NCBI GenBank assembly: GCA_016786595.1
Contig: JAEUWB010000051.1
Coordinates: 10,098-74,097 of the forward strand
Source of the DNA: a bacterium
GTDB taxonomy: Bacteria; Bdellovibrionota_C; UBA2361; SZUA-149; JAEUWB01
Length of the DNA stretch: 64,000 bases
Direction of reading: 5' to 3'
Shown: piece after piece, positions 41,757 to 51,354 of the stretch
How the letters are laid out: each line of letters begins with the position of its first letter
Position numbering within the stretch: position 1 is the first letter of the stretch
Made by a program: the position numbers and the translations under genes
The notes under the pieces: model-generated
What the model was told of the DNA's origin: nothing
The model's input: the letters and a program-made list of their open reading frames with translations, nothing else
Databases searched by the model: none

Positions 41757-42251
41757 CTACTTAATTAATCGCAAATGCTGGCCTTTATTTTTCTTCGGAT
41801 CAGTCTCGCTTGGTTCAGTTTTCTCTGATGTTGTCGCTGCTTCAGGAAATTGAGTTTCGTCAGGACGTCGTTCTTTGATTTTCTTGCCAAAGAAAAGCTT
41901 TTTCATCATCAAGCCCAGCTGATTTTTTGCTAGCTGGACTAGTACTTCCTTAGGAATATCTTCAGGCCATAAAATTTGCTGGCCATGTGAAGGCGAAATG
42001 CCCCAGACTGAAGTCCAGGGTAGGATGCAAAGCTCGTATTTATTATTAAACAGTAGATATGCTTCAATTCCGCTATCGTTACGTTCGATTTTACCCTGAA
42101 ACTGATAACTTAACTTGAGTACTAGCGCCGGGTTATTCAGTAAATTCTCAGGCACAGTTACGCCAGGCTTGCGGCTATCGACGTGCATCAGCACAAATTC
42201 GCCCTTCATCAGTTCATCAAACGCTTTAATTTTTTCTTCAGGTGTTTGCAT
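41757..42251 (-). CDS. sspB: SspB-like ClpXP specificity-enhancing factor
   Basis: Using the ATG at 42251, the N-terminal ~110 aa fit the SspB pattern (VLMHVD..PGVTVPE...LNL...), and the tail is disordered and charged. Confidence 0.45.
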   Translation of the reverse strand: MQTPEEKIKAFDELMKGEFVLMHVDSRKPGVTVPENLLNNPALVLKLSYQFQGKIERNDSGIEAYLLFNNKYELCILPWTSVWGISPSHGQQILWPEDIPKEVLVQLAKNQLGLMMKKLFFGKKIKERRPDETQFPEAATTSEKTEPSETDPKKNKGQHLRLIK

Positions 42252-42261
42252 TAAGTCGTTA

Positions 42262-44013
42262 CTAAAGCCAATCCCAGTTATAGCCGTGCTCGATTGTATT
42301 CTGAGCGATTGATTCAATCAGCGCATCGTCGTTGTGGCTGAGTAGTCGCAAATTGCCACTGACCCGACGTTTTGCCTCGCTCAGGAAAAGTTTAAGTAAG
42401 AGCTGCTCAGCGACAGTCTGTGCTTTTCCTTGAGCTTCAATTGCACTGTGCACACGGCTTAACATAGATGATGCTACAAACAAGTCAATTGCTGAGTCAG
42501 CCACGCGCTTACTGAGTAATTGCTTGCCGACGATATTTTTCCCGTGTGCGCGCAGTAGGGCCTCAATTCCTCGAGCAAATTGAGTCGTGAGCCACTTTAA
42601 TGAAGCTGTTTCGTCGGGTAGAATCCGTTCAGCAAGCTCGAGACGCTCTGATTTAATTGACGACCACGGCGAGAAGCGCCTTGCCGCATAAGACCCGAGC
42701 ACCCCAAAACCCTTAATCGGGTCATGGAGAAAATTCCCTAAACCGGACTTTAATTCAGTAAAAACATTGCCAACTTCTTGGTATCCAGAGAGAGCAATGT
42801 AGAGTCTCAGGATTTCGTTTGTGCCTTCAAAGATCATGTTAATCCTTGAATCGCGCAGTAAACGTTCGTAGGGATAGTCCCGCATAAAACCGTTGCCGCC
42901 GGCAATCTGTAACCCCTCATTGACGCTCAGCCACAGTGCTTCAGTCGAGAAAATTTTACTTGCCGCAGCTTCTAGTGAGTAGTCGTCTGATTTTTCGTCG
43001 ATTAATTTGCCAACGATACCCACAGCACTTTCAGCTGCGTAGCAATTCAGCGCCATGCGGGCCAGCTTCTCTCTGACCAAGCCGAACTCAACAATTGGCC
43101 GGCCAAATTGCTTGCGTTCCTTGGCATAAGTTGTAGCGAGTTCAAGCACGCGCTTCATTCCGCCTACCGAACCACCGCCTAAGCCGGTGCGACCGTTATT
43201 TAAAATTGACATCGCAATTTTAAACCCTTTACCAGCTTCGCCAAGTAAGTTTGCCTCAGGGACGATTACATTTTCAAAGACAACTGAGCTTGTTGCGGAA
43301 GCGCGAATCCCCATTTTGTCTTCCTTCGGCCCGACTGAAATTCCTGGCGTGTTGCGATCGACGATAAAGGCGGAAAGCTTACCCGAAGTTGCGTCGGTTC
43401 GCGCAAAAACTGTGAAGAGCCCGGCAATCGGTGCATTGGAAATCCAAATCTTTTCACCGTTTAATTTCCACGAGCCGTCTGGCAATTTCTCAGCAGTAGT
43501 GCGAATTGAGGCCGCATCGGATCCAGCACTTGGTTCAGTCAGGCAAAATGCAGCAATCAATTCTCCGCTAGCAAGCTTGGGAAGGTAGCGTCGTTTTTGT
43601 TCGGAATTGCCAAAGAGGATAATTCCCTTCATGCCAATTGAGCTATGCGCGCCGATTGTGATTGAGGTTGAAGGATCATACATGCTTGTTTCTTCAAGCA
43701 CCCGAGCGTAGCCGAGATTTGATAAGCCGAGGCCGTCATGATCTTCAGGGATAATTAAGGCAAAAAGTCCAAGCTCACGTAATTCTTGAATATATGAGTC
43801 TGGATACGTGCCACTGACATCGGCAGTACGGAAAAAGTCTTCCCGCGGGGCAAGAAATTTACGGATCGAATCGAGAATGGCGCGCAGGGTTTCTTGTTCG
43901 GCTTGAGCAATTACCGGGAAGGGGAAAAGCTCTTGATAGCGGACATCGCCCAAGAAAAGCCCCTTAACTACCCCCTGTGCCTCAGCAATTTCTGCGGTAA
44001 CTTCTTTTTGCAT
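42262..44013 (-). CDS. Acyl-CoA dehydrogenase, long-chain type
   Basis: 583 aa with ACAD N-terminal, middle and C-terminal domains. The catalytic Glu region lies near the C-terminus. Confidence 0.85.
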   Translation of the reverse strand: MQKEVTAEIAEAQGVVKGLFLGDVRYQELFPFPVIAQAEQETLRAILDSIRKFLAPREDFFRTADVSGTYPDSYIQELRELGLFALIIPEDHDGLGLSNLGYARVLEETSMYDPSTSITIGAHSSIGMKGIILFGNSEQKRRYLPKLASGELIAAFCLTEPSAGSDAASIRTTAEKLPDGSWKLNGEKIWISNAPIAGLFTVFARTDATSGKLSAFIVDRNTPGISVGPKEDKMGIRASATSSVVFENVIVPEANLLGEAGKGFKIAMSILNNGRTGLGGGSVGGMKRVLELATTYAKERKQFGRPIVEFGLVREKLARMALNCYAAESAVGIVGKLIDEKSDDYSLEAAASKIFSTEALWLSVNEGLQIAGGNGFMRDYPYERLLRDSRINMIFEGTNEILRLYIALSGYQEVGNVFTELKSGLGNFLHDPIKGFGVLGSYAARRFSPWSSIKSERLELAERILPDETASLKWLTTQFARGIEALLRAHGKNIVGKQLLSKRVADSAIDLFVASSMLSRVHSAIEAQGKAQTVAEQLLLKLFLSEAKRRVSGNLRLLSHNDDALIESIAQNTIEHGYNWDWL

Positions 44014-44233
44014 AAATCCTTAAAAAACTCGAAATTTCACCTACTTATAATCCTTATCGGTTGATCTGGCTAGTAAGCTTATGGGGATTTTTAGCCAACT
44101 CCGACTAGGAGAAAACACTAGTTAAGGTACTGACGTCGTATGTCGATATATCAGTTGTAAACTATATGGATCTGATTGTTTTTTAAACAGTTTTTTTTGA
44201 GTTCAAACGCTTTGCAACTGAGGTTTTTTAGAC

Positions 44234-45331
44234 GTGAGAGTGCATCCTTCAATCATCACTAATTCTAGTGCCAAGTGGTATTTCCCAGCTAGCGTGATTG
44301 TGCTGCTTGCCATTTTAGGAATGAATATCGTGCGTGGTCCGAATAAATCCGCCACAGCCTCAATGCCAGATCAAGCTTCACGTCAAGTTATTGTTGCCAA
44401 AGTTGCACTGCTTCCAGGGAAAAAACTCAGCAAAGAAATGTTGATGATTGACACGCGACCGCTCAGTACTCTACCGGGCGATGTCGTCACACAATGGGAT
44501 GAAGTTTCTAGTCAAGTTCCACTCGGTCCAATCCCAGCAGGATATCCTTTAGCCAAAGCGCTTTTTACTGACCCAAAGGAATTTAATAAAACTCAAACTT
44601 CAGCACCAACCCAGCAGCAACTTGCCGCAACGGCCAATGCGCTGGCTGAAGCGCGCCTGACTCCAGTGCGTGAGCGAACCGTTGCAGTTTCGCTGGCGCT
44701 TAAAGGCGCACGACCCGAACCAGGATCACGCGTGGCGTTATCTTTGCAAGGCCCCAAAGGAAACTCTGCCCTGGTCTGCGATGAAGCTTGGATTGAGCTT
44801 TCTGATCCGAAGTCGACTGAAATTCTTGTGCGGGTCAAACCGGTGATGGCTTTATTTTTAGAGGAAATTAAGTCTTTTGGAACTTTTTCGTATTTAGTAA
44901 TTGCCGATCAAGGTGAAAGCCCATTTGCTGGACAAACTCTGGCAAGCGTTAAGGAATTGCGTGAGAAACTTATCCCTCCAACAACGCAATTAAGTAACCC
45001 TACTGCAGCGATAACGAATGCCACTTCAGGGAAATCTCAAAAAGAAGAAGTTCTCGGGCCGGGAAGTTTTACGAGTTATGCTTGGACCAATGGTGAGGCG
45101 ATTAAATACAGCGTTGATAAGGATGGTAGGATTTTTGTGATTGATGAGCGCGGACTGGTGATTCCACTCCATGGTTATCCATTTTATAACGAGCGCTGGG
45201 TTAGACTTAAAACCGAAGAACTTGCGCATCAAGCGCAACTTGAAGCTGAGAATCAAACAAAAAAAGAAGAATTAAATCAAGAGTCCGAGGCGGCTGTAAA
45301 GAACGAGGCTCACGTACCTAGTGCTTTATAG
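44234..45331 (+). CDS. cpaB: Flp pilus assembly protein CpaB/RcpC (SAF domain)
   Basis: N-terminal TM segment, then a SAF-like block (RQVIVAKVALLPGKKLSKEMLMIDTRP). It is adjacent to tadA. Confidence 0.6.
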   Translation: MRVHPSIITNSSAKWYFPASVIVLLAILGMNIVRGPNKSATASMPDQASRQVIVAKVALLPGKKLSKEMLMIDTRPLSTLPGDVVTQWDEVSSQVPLGPIPAGYPLAKALFTDPKEFNKTQTSAPTQQQLAATANALAEARLTPVRERTVAVSLALKGARPEPGSRVALSLQGPKGNSALVCDEAWIELSDPKSTEILVRVKPVMALFLEEIKSFGTFSYLVIADQGESPFAGQTLASVKELREKLIPPTTQLSNPTAAITNATSGKSQKEEVLGPGSFTSYAWTNGEAIKYSVDKDGRIFVIDERGLVIPLHGYPFYNERWVRLKTEELAHQAQLEAENQTKKEELNQESEAAVKNEAHVPSAL

Positions 45332-45366
45332 TCCGAGGTAAGTTTTAAAATTTTTGGAAAATTTAG

Positions 45367-47001
45367 ATGGCGCTTTTAAAGCAATTACAAAAATCGCAGA
45401 AAAAATTCGACTCAGCTGAGCGCGATGTGTTTGCTGAGGTTGATGAAACTGGTCGATTCGAGGCTTTGGCCGAGCATTTCCAGAAAAACGAAATAGAGCC
45501 TGAGGCTGAAGTAAATACTGCACAAAGTAAAATTAGACTTACCTCTGGATTGCCTGAACTAACATCAGAGCATCAAGCCAGTAGCTTACGTAGCGGCACT
45601 GCAAGTCAGCACAAGCGTGAGACCAATACAGCTAAAGTTGTGCGCCGTCATAATCCAGCCGGTCAACCCCGTGCACGGGCAAGTAACCTTGAAGAGGGGA
45701 TGCCGTGGTGGCTTACCGAAGTAAAAAAACCTAACCCGCAGATTGAGCTTTTAGTTCCGCAAGCACGCAAAATGCTCAATGAGATTATCCCTAGCGACGG
45801 CAATATCTCGATTGATTTAAAAACCGCAGTACAACACTCTGTCGAACTAGCATCAGAACTAATGCGCGGTGAGGTGCGCATCACTGACCGTGATATTGAA
45901 CAAGCTGCCAAGGAGCTTTATAGCCTTGTTGCCGGGAAGGGCCCACTCCAAGCGCTCTATGACGACCCCTGGATTACCGATATTTTTATCGATAATCATA
46001 AAAGCATTAAAGTAATTCGTCGTGGTCAGGCGCTTGAAACCCCATTCTATTTCCGCAGCAAAGAAGAATATAAGGCGTTTATTGCGGGAATGCTCCAATC
46101 TGTTGGGCGCGCACTGAACATGAGTTCGCCAATTATTGACTGTGTGCTCGATGATGAGCATCGCAGTCGTATTAACGCCGTGGATGCTTCGCTGATTGAT
46201 GGAGATGAGCCGCGAGTCTGTATTCGCGTTCCGCGACTACAGCATGTGGCATTTTATGACATTATTCGTTCGAAAACTTTACCCCCTACATTAGCTGCAT
46301 GGCTGACAGAGCTTGTCGGAACGGGTGAAGTTAATATTCTAGTAGTTGGTCCAACAGGCGCTGGTAAAACTGTCATGACCACGGCGCTGCTAAGTTGCGT
46401 GAATTCAGATGAGCGCATTATTACGATTGAAGACGTGCCTGAAATTTTTGTGCCAACTGCGCATCTAGAAAAATTAGTTTCGCGCCCAGCAAATTCGCAG
46501 GGCGAGGGCGAAATAAAAATGCCCCAACTGCTACGCGCCGCATTGCGTCGTGCCCCGCATCGTATCGTCGTTGGAGAAATTCGAGATGAAGAGGGGAGAC
46601 TATTTTTACGTGCCTTGGAGACTGGACATGCCGGTTCGATTGCAACAATTCATGCTGAGTCAGCACGGGATAGTTTGTGGCGCTTACTGGATGTGGTTGC
46701 AGCCTATGAATCTGCTCCGCAAGAAAGTATTATGCGACGTATCGCACGTTCTGTGCATATCGTGATTACGATGAAGAAGATTGATGGTCGGGCGTGCCTG
46801 GTTGATGTCTCTGAAGTGCGAACTCCAGTTGAAGGTGAGTTTATCGTGCAGCCACTAGTTGAGTTTGAACGCGAAGAAGACGGGAAACGTCAATGGCGCT
46901 TAAAGACTAATCATTCATACTGGATCGATCGACTACGCGAAAAAGGCATTAATCTTTCTGCTGGTCCATACTTGCTGCAACCCGATCACGGGGAAGAGTA
47001 G
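45367..47001 (+). CDS. tadA: Tad/Flp pilus secretion ATPase CpaF/TadA
   Basis: Walker A (VGPTGAGKT), Walker B, and Asp and His boxes of the VirB11/TadA family. The N-terminal extension is disordered. Confidence 0.85.
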   Translation: MALLKQLQKSQKKFDSAERDVFAEVDETGRFEALAEHFQKNEIEPEAEVNTAQSKIRLTSGLPELTSEHQASSLRSGTASQHKRETNTAKVVRRHNPAGQPRARASNLEEGMPWWLTEVKKPNPQIELLVPQARKMLNEIIPSDGNISIDLKTAVQHSVELASELMRGEVRITDRDIEQAAKELYSLVAGKGPLQALYDDPWITDIFIDNHKSIKVIRRGQALETPFYFRSKEEYKAFIAGMLQSVGRALNMSSPIIDCVLDDEHRSRINAVDASLIDGDEPRVCIRVPRLQHVAFYDIIRSKTLPPTLAAWLTELVGTGEVNILVVGPTGAGKTVMTTALLSCVNSDERIITIEDVPEIFVPTAHLEKLVSRPANSQGEGEIKMPQLLRAALRRAPHRIVVGEIRDEEGRLFLRALETGHAGSIATIHAESARDSLWRLLDVVAAYESAPQESIMRRIARSVHIVITMKKIDGRACLVDVSEVRTPVEGEFIVQPLVEFEREEDGKRQWRLKTNHSYWIDRLREKGINLSAGPYLLQPDHGEE

Positions 47002-47011
47002 GGAGTAAGCT

Positions 47012-47860
47012 ATGCGGGAACTGGATCGCTTCAAAGCATTAAAAATTCAAGGTCTAACGGCTGCGCAGAAAACTGAGAAACAGCAAAGTCAAAAAAAGAC
47101 GACCAAGGATGCTAAGCGTGGCAGCTACTCTGAAAGGCTGCTGCAAGCCGGAATTTATTTACCGAGTAGCGTTTACATTGTTGGAATAATGCTTGTAGCT
47201 ATTTTCTTTGGCATTTTGATGGGGCGTTATATTGGGCCACTTGCTGGGCTGATTTTTATCCCTGCCTGCCTCTACTACTTTCTTGATGTTTATTTAGTAG
47301 CGCGCGCCGAAAAGCGCCGGCGTGATGCGGTGATGCAACTCCCGGGATTTGTGGATGCGCTCTCTGCCTCTCTGCAAACGGGCTATAACATGGAAAAGGC
47401 AATCGATCATGCAACGGTTGCTTTACCTCAGGGTGTTTTTAAGCGTGAACTTCGGCGCGTAACTGAGTTATTAGATAAAGGAGTTGCACTGGATGATGCT
47501 TTGATTGTGATCAGTAATCGCATTACTGGCCAAGAAATTGTTTCACTCTTAGTCACAATTCGTTTGTTTTCTGATATGGGCGGACGGGTGCTTGAGCCAT
47601 TTCGACGTCTGGGATTTAAAATTCGTGAACAGCAAGCCGTGCTGGAGCGCGCACAGCGCGATTTAGTCGGCACCAAGCAAGCTTTTTTTGTAATTTTTGG
47701 CTTATCAATCATTGTTCCAATCTCACTGCTCTCAACGCAGCCGGATTACTTGCAGCAGGCATTTGCCGACCCGCGGATTGGGTTAGTGATGCAGCTTGCG
47801 ATTGTGATCCAACTGGTCTGCTTTTTATTGTTCAAGCACTTCACGACGCTTAAGGTTTAG
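47012..47860 (+). CDS. tadB: Tad pilus inner-membrane platform protein TadB
   Basis: 282 aa GspF-like membrane protein immediately after tadA. Confidence 0.7.
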   Translation: MRELDRFKALKIQGLTAAQKTEKQQSQKKTTKDAKRGSYSERLLQAGIYLPSSVYIVGIMLVAIFFGILMGRYIGPLAGLIFIPACLYYFLDVYLVARAEKRRRDAVMQLPGFVDALSASLQTGYNMEKAIDHATVALPQGVFKRELRRVTELLDKGVALDDALIVISNRITGQEIVSLLVTIRLFSDMGGRVLEPFRRLGFKIREQQAVLERAQRDLVGTKQAFFVIFGLSIIVPISLLSTQPDYLQQAFADPRIGLVMQLAIVIQLVCFLLFKHFTTLKV

Positions 47861-47863
47861 CTT

Positions 47864-48763
47864 ATGTGGGCAATCTTATTTTGTGCAGTAATGCTGGTCG
47901 TCTGGATGGCTCACTTTGCTGAAGTGCAGCAGGCGCGTCAGCGCGAGCTAGGGCGTTTTACTGCCTTTCGCAGCATCCAGCGCGAGTCATTCGATAAGCG
48001 ACTGGATCGTTGGTTTGAACTACTCGGACGTAGGCTGACTGGATTTAGCGCAGAGCGCCAAGAACAGTTACACCAGGACCGTGAAGTTAAACGTAAGCTC
48101 AAAGAGGCAGGCTTAGAGACTTTGAGTGATCAGGGGCGCTTTGTTTTAATCCGGATTGCTTGTTATTCACTCTGGCCGGTGATTACGATTTTTGCCTGGA
48201 TTAATTTCAGAACCTATTATGCAAACGTCACGACAATTTTTAGTTTAGCTTTACTAGTATTAATCCCTGAACTCTGGCTCAGCCGAAAAACGCATAACCG
48301 CAAAGAACAAATTCGACGCGAGTTGCCCTTGGTGATTGATTTAACCAATTTAGCAACTTCTGCCGGCTGGGACGTGTCTTCAGCGTTGGAAAAAGTAATC
48401 GACTCACTTTCGGTTGAATTTCCGAATCATCCCTTAATTAAGGAGTTGCGTAAGGCACGCTGGCTTGCCACTAGCGGCTATACCTGGGAGGAAGCACTCG
48501 ACCGTGTGGCGAAAAAACTTGATGATGATACCGTCTCCCGCGTGTCCGAGGCTTTGGCTTTAGCGCTTGATAAGGGCGGAGATCGCTCCTTACAGCTAAG
48601 TGGGATTGCGCAAGACGCTCAGCGCACATATTATGCAGCGCTAGATAAGCGCTTAGCGGCAATTCCGGTTAAGGCTTTGATTATTACGGTGGTATTATTT
48701 TTAACTTATTTTTGTATTCTACTTGCACCGGCAATGGTTAATGTGCAGGGCAAGATTTTATAG
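47864..48763 (+). CDS. tadC: Tad pilus inner-membrane platform protein TadC
   Basis: 299 aa GspF-like paralog following tadB. Confidence 0.7.
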   Translation: MWAILFCAVMLVVWMAHFAEVQQARQRELGRFTAFRSIQRESFDKRLDRWFELLGRRLTGFSAERQEQLHQDREVKRKLKEAGLETLSDQGRFVLIRIACYSLWPVITIFAWINFRTYYANVTTIFSLALLVLIPELWLSRKTHNRKEQIRRELPLVIDLTNLATSAGWDVSSALEKVIDSLSVEFPNHPLIKELRKARWLATSGYTWEEALDRVAKKLDDDTVSRVSEALALALDKGGDRSLQLSGIAQDAQRTYYAALDKRLAAIPVKALIITVVLFLTYFCILLAPAMVNVQGKIL

Positions 48764-48784
48764 TAGCGCGGTTTAGATTTAACG

Positions 48785-49183
48785 ATGGCTCACCGAGTAT
48801 TAATTGTAGAAGATTCGCAAGCGCAGTCGGCTTTGATCGCAAGTATTGTCGAGCAGGCTGGCTATAAGCCGATTGTTTATAACGATATTACCACAGGGAT
48901 TGGACAGATTCTTACGCGTGAAACTCCAGATATTGTGTTGCTTGATCTTAATCTAGTCACCCCTCAAGGCGTGCAGATGGCGGATGGGTTTCAAGTTTGC
49001 CGTCAAATTAAACGCCAGTGTCCGAATGTGCCGGTGATTATTGTGACTTCAGAAGGTGAAGATGAGGCTTGCGAGTGGGCTTTCCTCCAAGGTGCTGACG
49101 CCTTCTTTCAAAAACCCTTTTCTCCGACAGAACTGACAAAGCTTATACTTGAGCAGCTATCTCGTAAGTCAACTGACAGCTAG
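48785..49183 (+). CDS. Stand-alone response-regulator receiver domain (CheY-like)
   Basis: 132 aa with acidic pocket residues (VEDSQ, LLDLNL) and conserved T/S and KPF. Confidence 0.8.
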   Translation: MAHRVLIVEDSQAQSALIASIVEQAGYKPIVYNDITTGIGQILTRETPDIVLLDLNLVTPQGVQMADGFQVCRQIKRQCPNVPVIIVTSEGEDEACEWAFLQGADAFFQKPFSPTELTKLILEQLSRKSTDS

Positions 49184-49394
49184 GGGGAGAGTTCTTTTTT
49201 TGAAGACCTGCTTCCCTCAAGGTCTCGTTCAAGATGATGAAATGGACCTTTTCTTTTCCTTTACTCTACGCTCCGAGTGCTCGAGTCGAAGGCACGCCGA
49301 GGTCTCCAAAAAACTTAAAGCTTAATTTATAAAAGAAGGTGGCTGCCAGGTTCATGTCTAAAACCTTATGTGACAGCCACTCAGAAGTTTGTCT

Positions 49395-50129
49395 CTAGTC
49401 TCTTTTCTCGAGAGTTTGGTAGAGCACCCAAACTGCATTCTGAGCATCTCCCAACTCATCGCGGCTTCTCTGGGAACGCTGTCCTTGATAGTCATGAGTG
49501 AGCGCATAGATAGACCAGGCAGTGCCTTCTCCCAAGCTTTGCATTAGTGTCCAGGCGTTTTTGTCATGATGATTCGTCACGGCGAGTTTCGGCGCAAGTT
49601 TCGTCAAGCACAAAAGTAGGTCGAGCATTGTCACCTGTGCGGTATGCGGGTTTTTCGTTGCAGTACCAGTCAAGACAGTAGCAAGGAGTTGAATATCTCC
49701 GAGTGAATTAGCCGCAGTGCGTGCCAGCGACCAATCTTTTTTGGCGATTGCATGCTCAGCCACATGACGTAGCAGCGCTTTGTGGCTAGTATTTTGGGCC
49801 ATGCGGCAGACTGTTCCCCACTCGTTTTTAGCAATGTAGTGATCGGCGATTTCTCTAACTAAGGTGTGGTTTTTCGCCGCACATGCTGCTTTTTTTGCAT
49901 CGTCCCATCTTCCAGCATCGATGTGGGCACGCGCCATGGACTTGAGCAGTTCACGGTCATTGGCCTTCGAGGCGCAAACCTTCGCACGATAGTAGTCTCC
50001 TTTGTCAAAGAACACCTGTGCGTAGGTTGAAAGCGTATGTTGGTCTTTCGAGGTCCGAGCAAGCCTAAAGGCTTCCTTGGGGTTTTCCTCGAGTAAGTGT
50101 CGAAATTCGATGGCAGTGTCAGTAGACAT
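49395..50129 (-). CDS. Hypothetical repeat protein with ~31-aa alpha-helical repeats
   Basis: 244 aa with recurring [GK][DR]W[SDG]xA[RK]xAAxA-type units (GDYYRAKVCAS, GRWDDAKKAAC, NEWGTVCRMAQ, KDWSLARTAAN). I recognise no family. Confidence 0.45.
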   Translation of the reverse strand: MSTDTAIEFRHLLEENPKEAFRLARTSKDQHTLSTYAQVFFDKGDYYRAKVCASKANDRELLKSMARAHIDAGRWDDAKKAACAAKNHTLVREIADHYIAKNEWGTVCRMAQNTSHKALLRHVAEHAIAKKDWSLARTAANSLGDIQLLATVLTGTATKNPHTAQVTMLDLLLCLTKLAPKLAVTNHHDKNAWTLMQSLGEGTAWSIYALTHDYQGQRSQRSRDELGDAQNAVWVLYQTLEKRD

Positions 50130-50569
50130 GTTTGTTCCGAAACAGCTCCACGGTCAATTGGGTGGAGCCATTCTTTTCTTAACTTGGTGTAAGCTCAGAA
50201 AAGAATGGCCCGCACTGCGGAGTTGAACTCACCGGGTTTAACTCCCCGGGTTGAACCCGTGCTACGAATGTAAATTTTTCAGTAAAACCTTAATGATTTT
50301 TGGCAGCCACGCTTTACAGATGCAATTTGGGGTAGACAAATTACAGACAAATTGAGCCTGCGAAGCGTGGTTGTGATACTTTACCCAGATAGAGTTGATG
50401 GAGAGCAAAAAAGAAGAAGTTAGATAGCACAGATAAAATTATCTTTAAACTTACCCTGAGAGTTTGCTAGCAGTACACAATAAATCTAGGTCTTTTCAAG
50501 CGCTTATCGAGTAAATTAGGTAGCAGTGACAATAAATTAACTAACTAACTACTTCGCAGTGGCATTTTT

Positions 50570-50586
50570 TATACTTATGTAGTATA
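50570..50586. promoter_or_regulatory. Putative HigA operator palindrome in the higBA promoter
   Basis: TATACT-TATGT-AGTATA inverted repeat 12 nt upstream of the higB ATG, within an AT-rich promoter-like region. Confidence 0.4.
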
Positions 50587-50597
50587 GTTATATAGAT

Positions 50598-50894
50598 ATG
50601 GCGATTGTCTCGTTTAAAAACAAGGAAACGGAAGAAATTGCACATGGCAAGAAAACTAAGCGCACAGTTAAGTTGCTTCCGACAGAGCTCCACTATGTTG
50701 CCTATAAGAAGCTTATCTTTCTAGATAATATTAAAACGTTAGAAAGCTTACGTGCCTGGCCCGGACTTCGCCTTGAAAAGTTATCTGGGACAAGGAAGGA
50801 GCAATACAGCATTCGGATTAATGACAAGTATCGAATTTGCTTTAATTTTAATAACGGTGAAGTTTTAAATGTTGAGATTATAGATTATCACTAG
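50598..50894 (+). CDS. higB: HigB-like RelE/ParE-superfamily toxin
   Basis: 98 aa. The sequence resembles the HigB 'plasmid maintenance system killer' family. It is followed 12 nt later by an XRE antitoxin. Confidence 0.75.
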   Translation: MAIVSFKNKETEEIAHGKKTKRTVKLLPTELHYVAYKKLIFLDNIKTLESLRAWPGLRLEKLSGTRKEQYSIRINDKYRICFNFNNGEVLNVEIIDYH

Positions 50895-50906
50895 GAGTTA
50901 ATCATT

Positions 50907-51173
50907 ATGCTACCAAATACAATACACCCAGGTGAATTCTTACAAACAATTCTCGAAGAGCGTAGCATTTCGCAATCGCGCCTAGCCGCACACATTGGAG
51001 TTGAGCCCGGTGTGATTAACCTTATTTGCAATGGTAAACGCGGCATTTCTGCGGTCATGGCAAAAAAGCTTGCAAGAGCACTTGGCACAGACTCAGAGTT
51101 ATGGATGAATTTGCAAATCTCTTATGATTTAACTAATGCTGATGACCCAGAGTTTGGCAAGCTTAGAGCCTAA
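50907..51173 (+). CDS. higA: HigA antitoxin (XRE-family HTH)
   Basis: 88 aa with HTH region SQSRLAAHIGVEPGVINLICNGKRGIS, typical of HigA. Confidence 0.8.
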   Translation: MLPNTIHPGEFLQTILEERSISQSRLAAHIGVEPGVINLICNGKRGISAVMAKKLARALGTDSELWMNLQISYDLTNADDPEFGKLRA

Positions 51174-51354
51174 GGACTATCTGAGCATTCGAGACGAAGA
51201 CGCATAGCAGCTGATAGTAACCTTCTAAGGCAGATTCAAAGCCAAAGCAGCCAAGTAGCGCAGTACTCTTAAAAAGCCTTATTTATTAGGATTTAAATCG
51301 CATATTAAGAATTGATGCATCGCGGCATATTTTAGGGTTATAACTCAACAGGTT

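Noticed and set aside
42252-42317. N-terminal extension of the SspB-like ORF that overlaps the 3' end of the acyl-CoA dehydrogenase gene by ~56 nt.
   Set aside because: The internal ATG at 42251 gives an SspB-like N-terminus without the overlap. The extension has no conservation signal.
50200-50262. Possible tRNA fragment or att site (GGAGTTGAACTCACCGGGTTTAACTCCCCGGGTTGAACCCG).
   Set aside because: There is no cloverleaf, no GTTCGAATCC-type T-loop and no CCA end. I treat it as palindromic flank structure and mention it under the islet finding.
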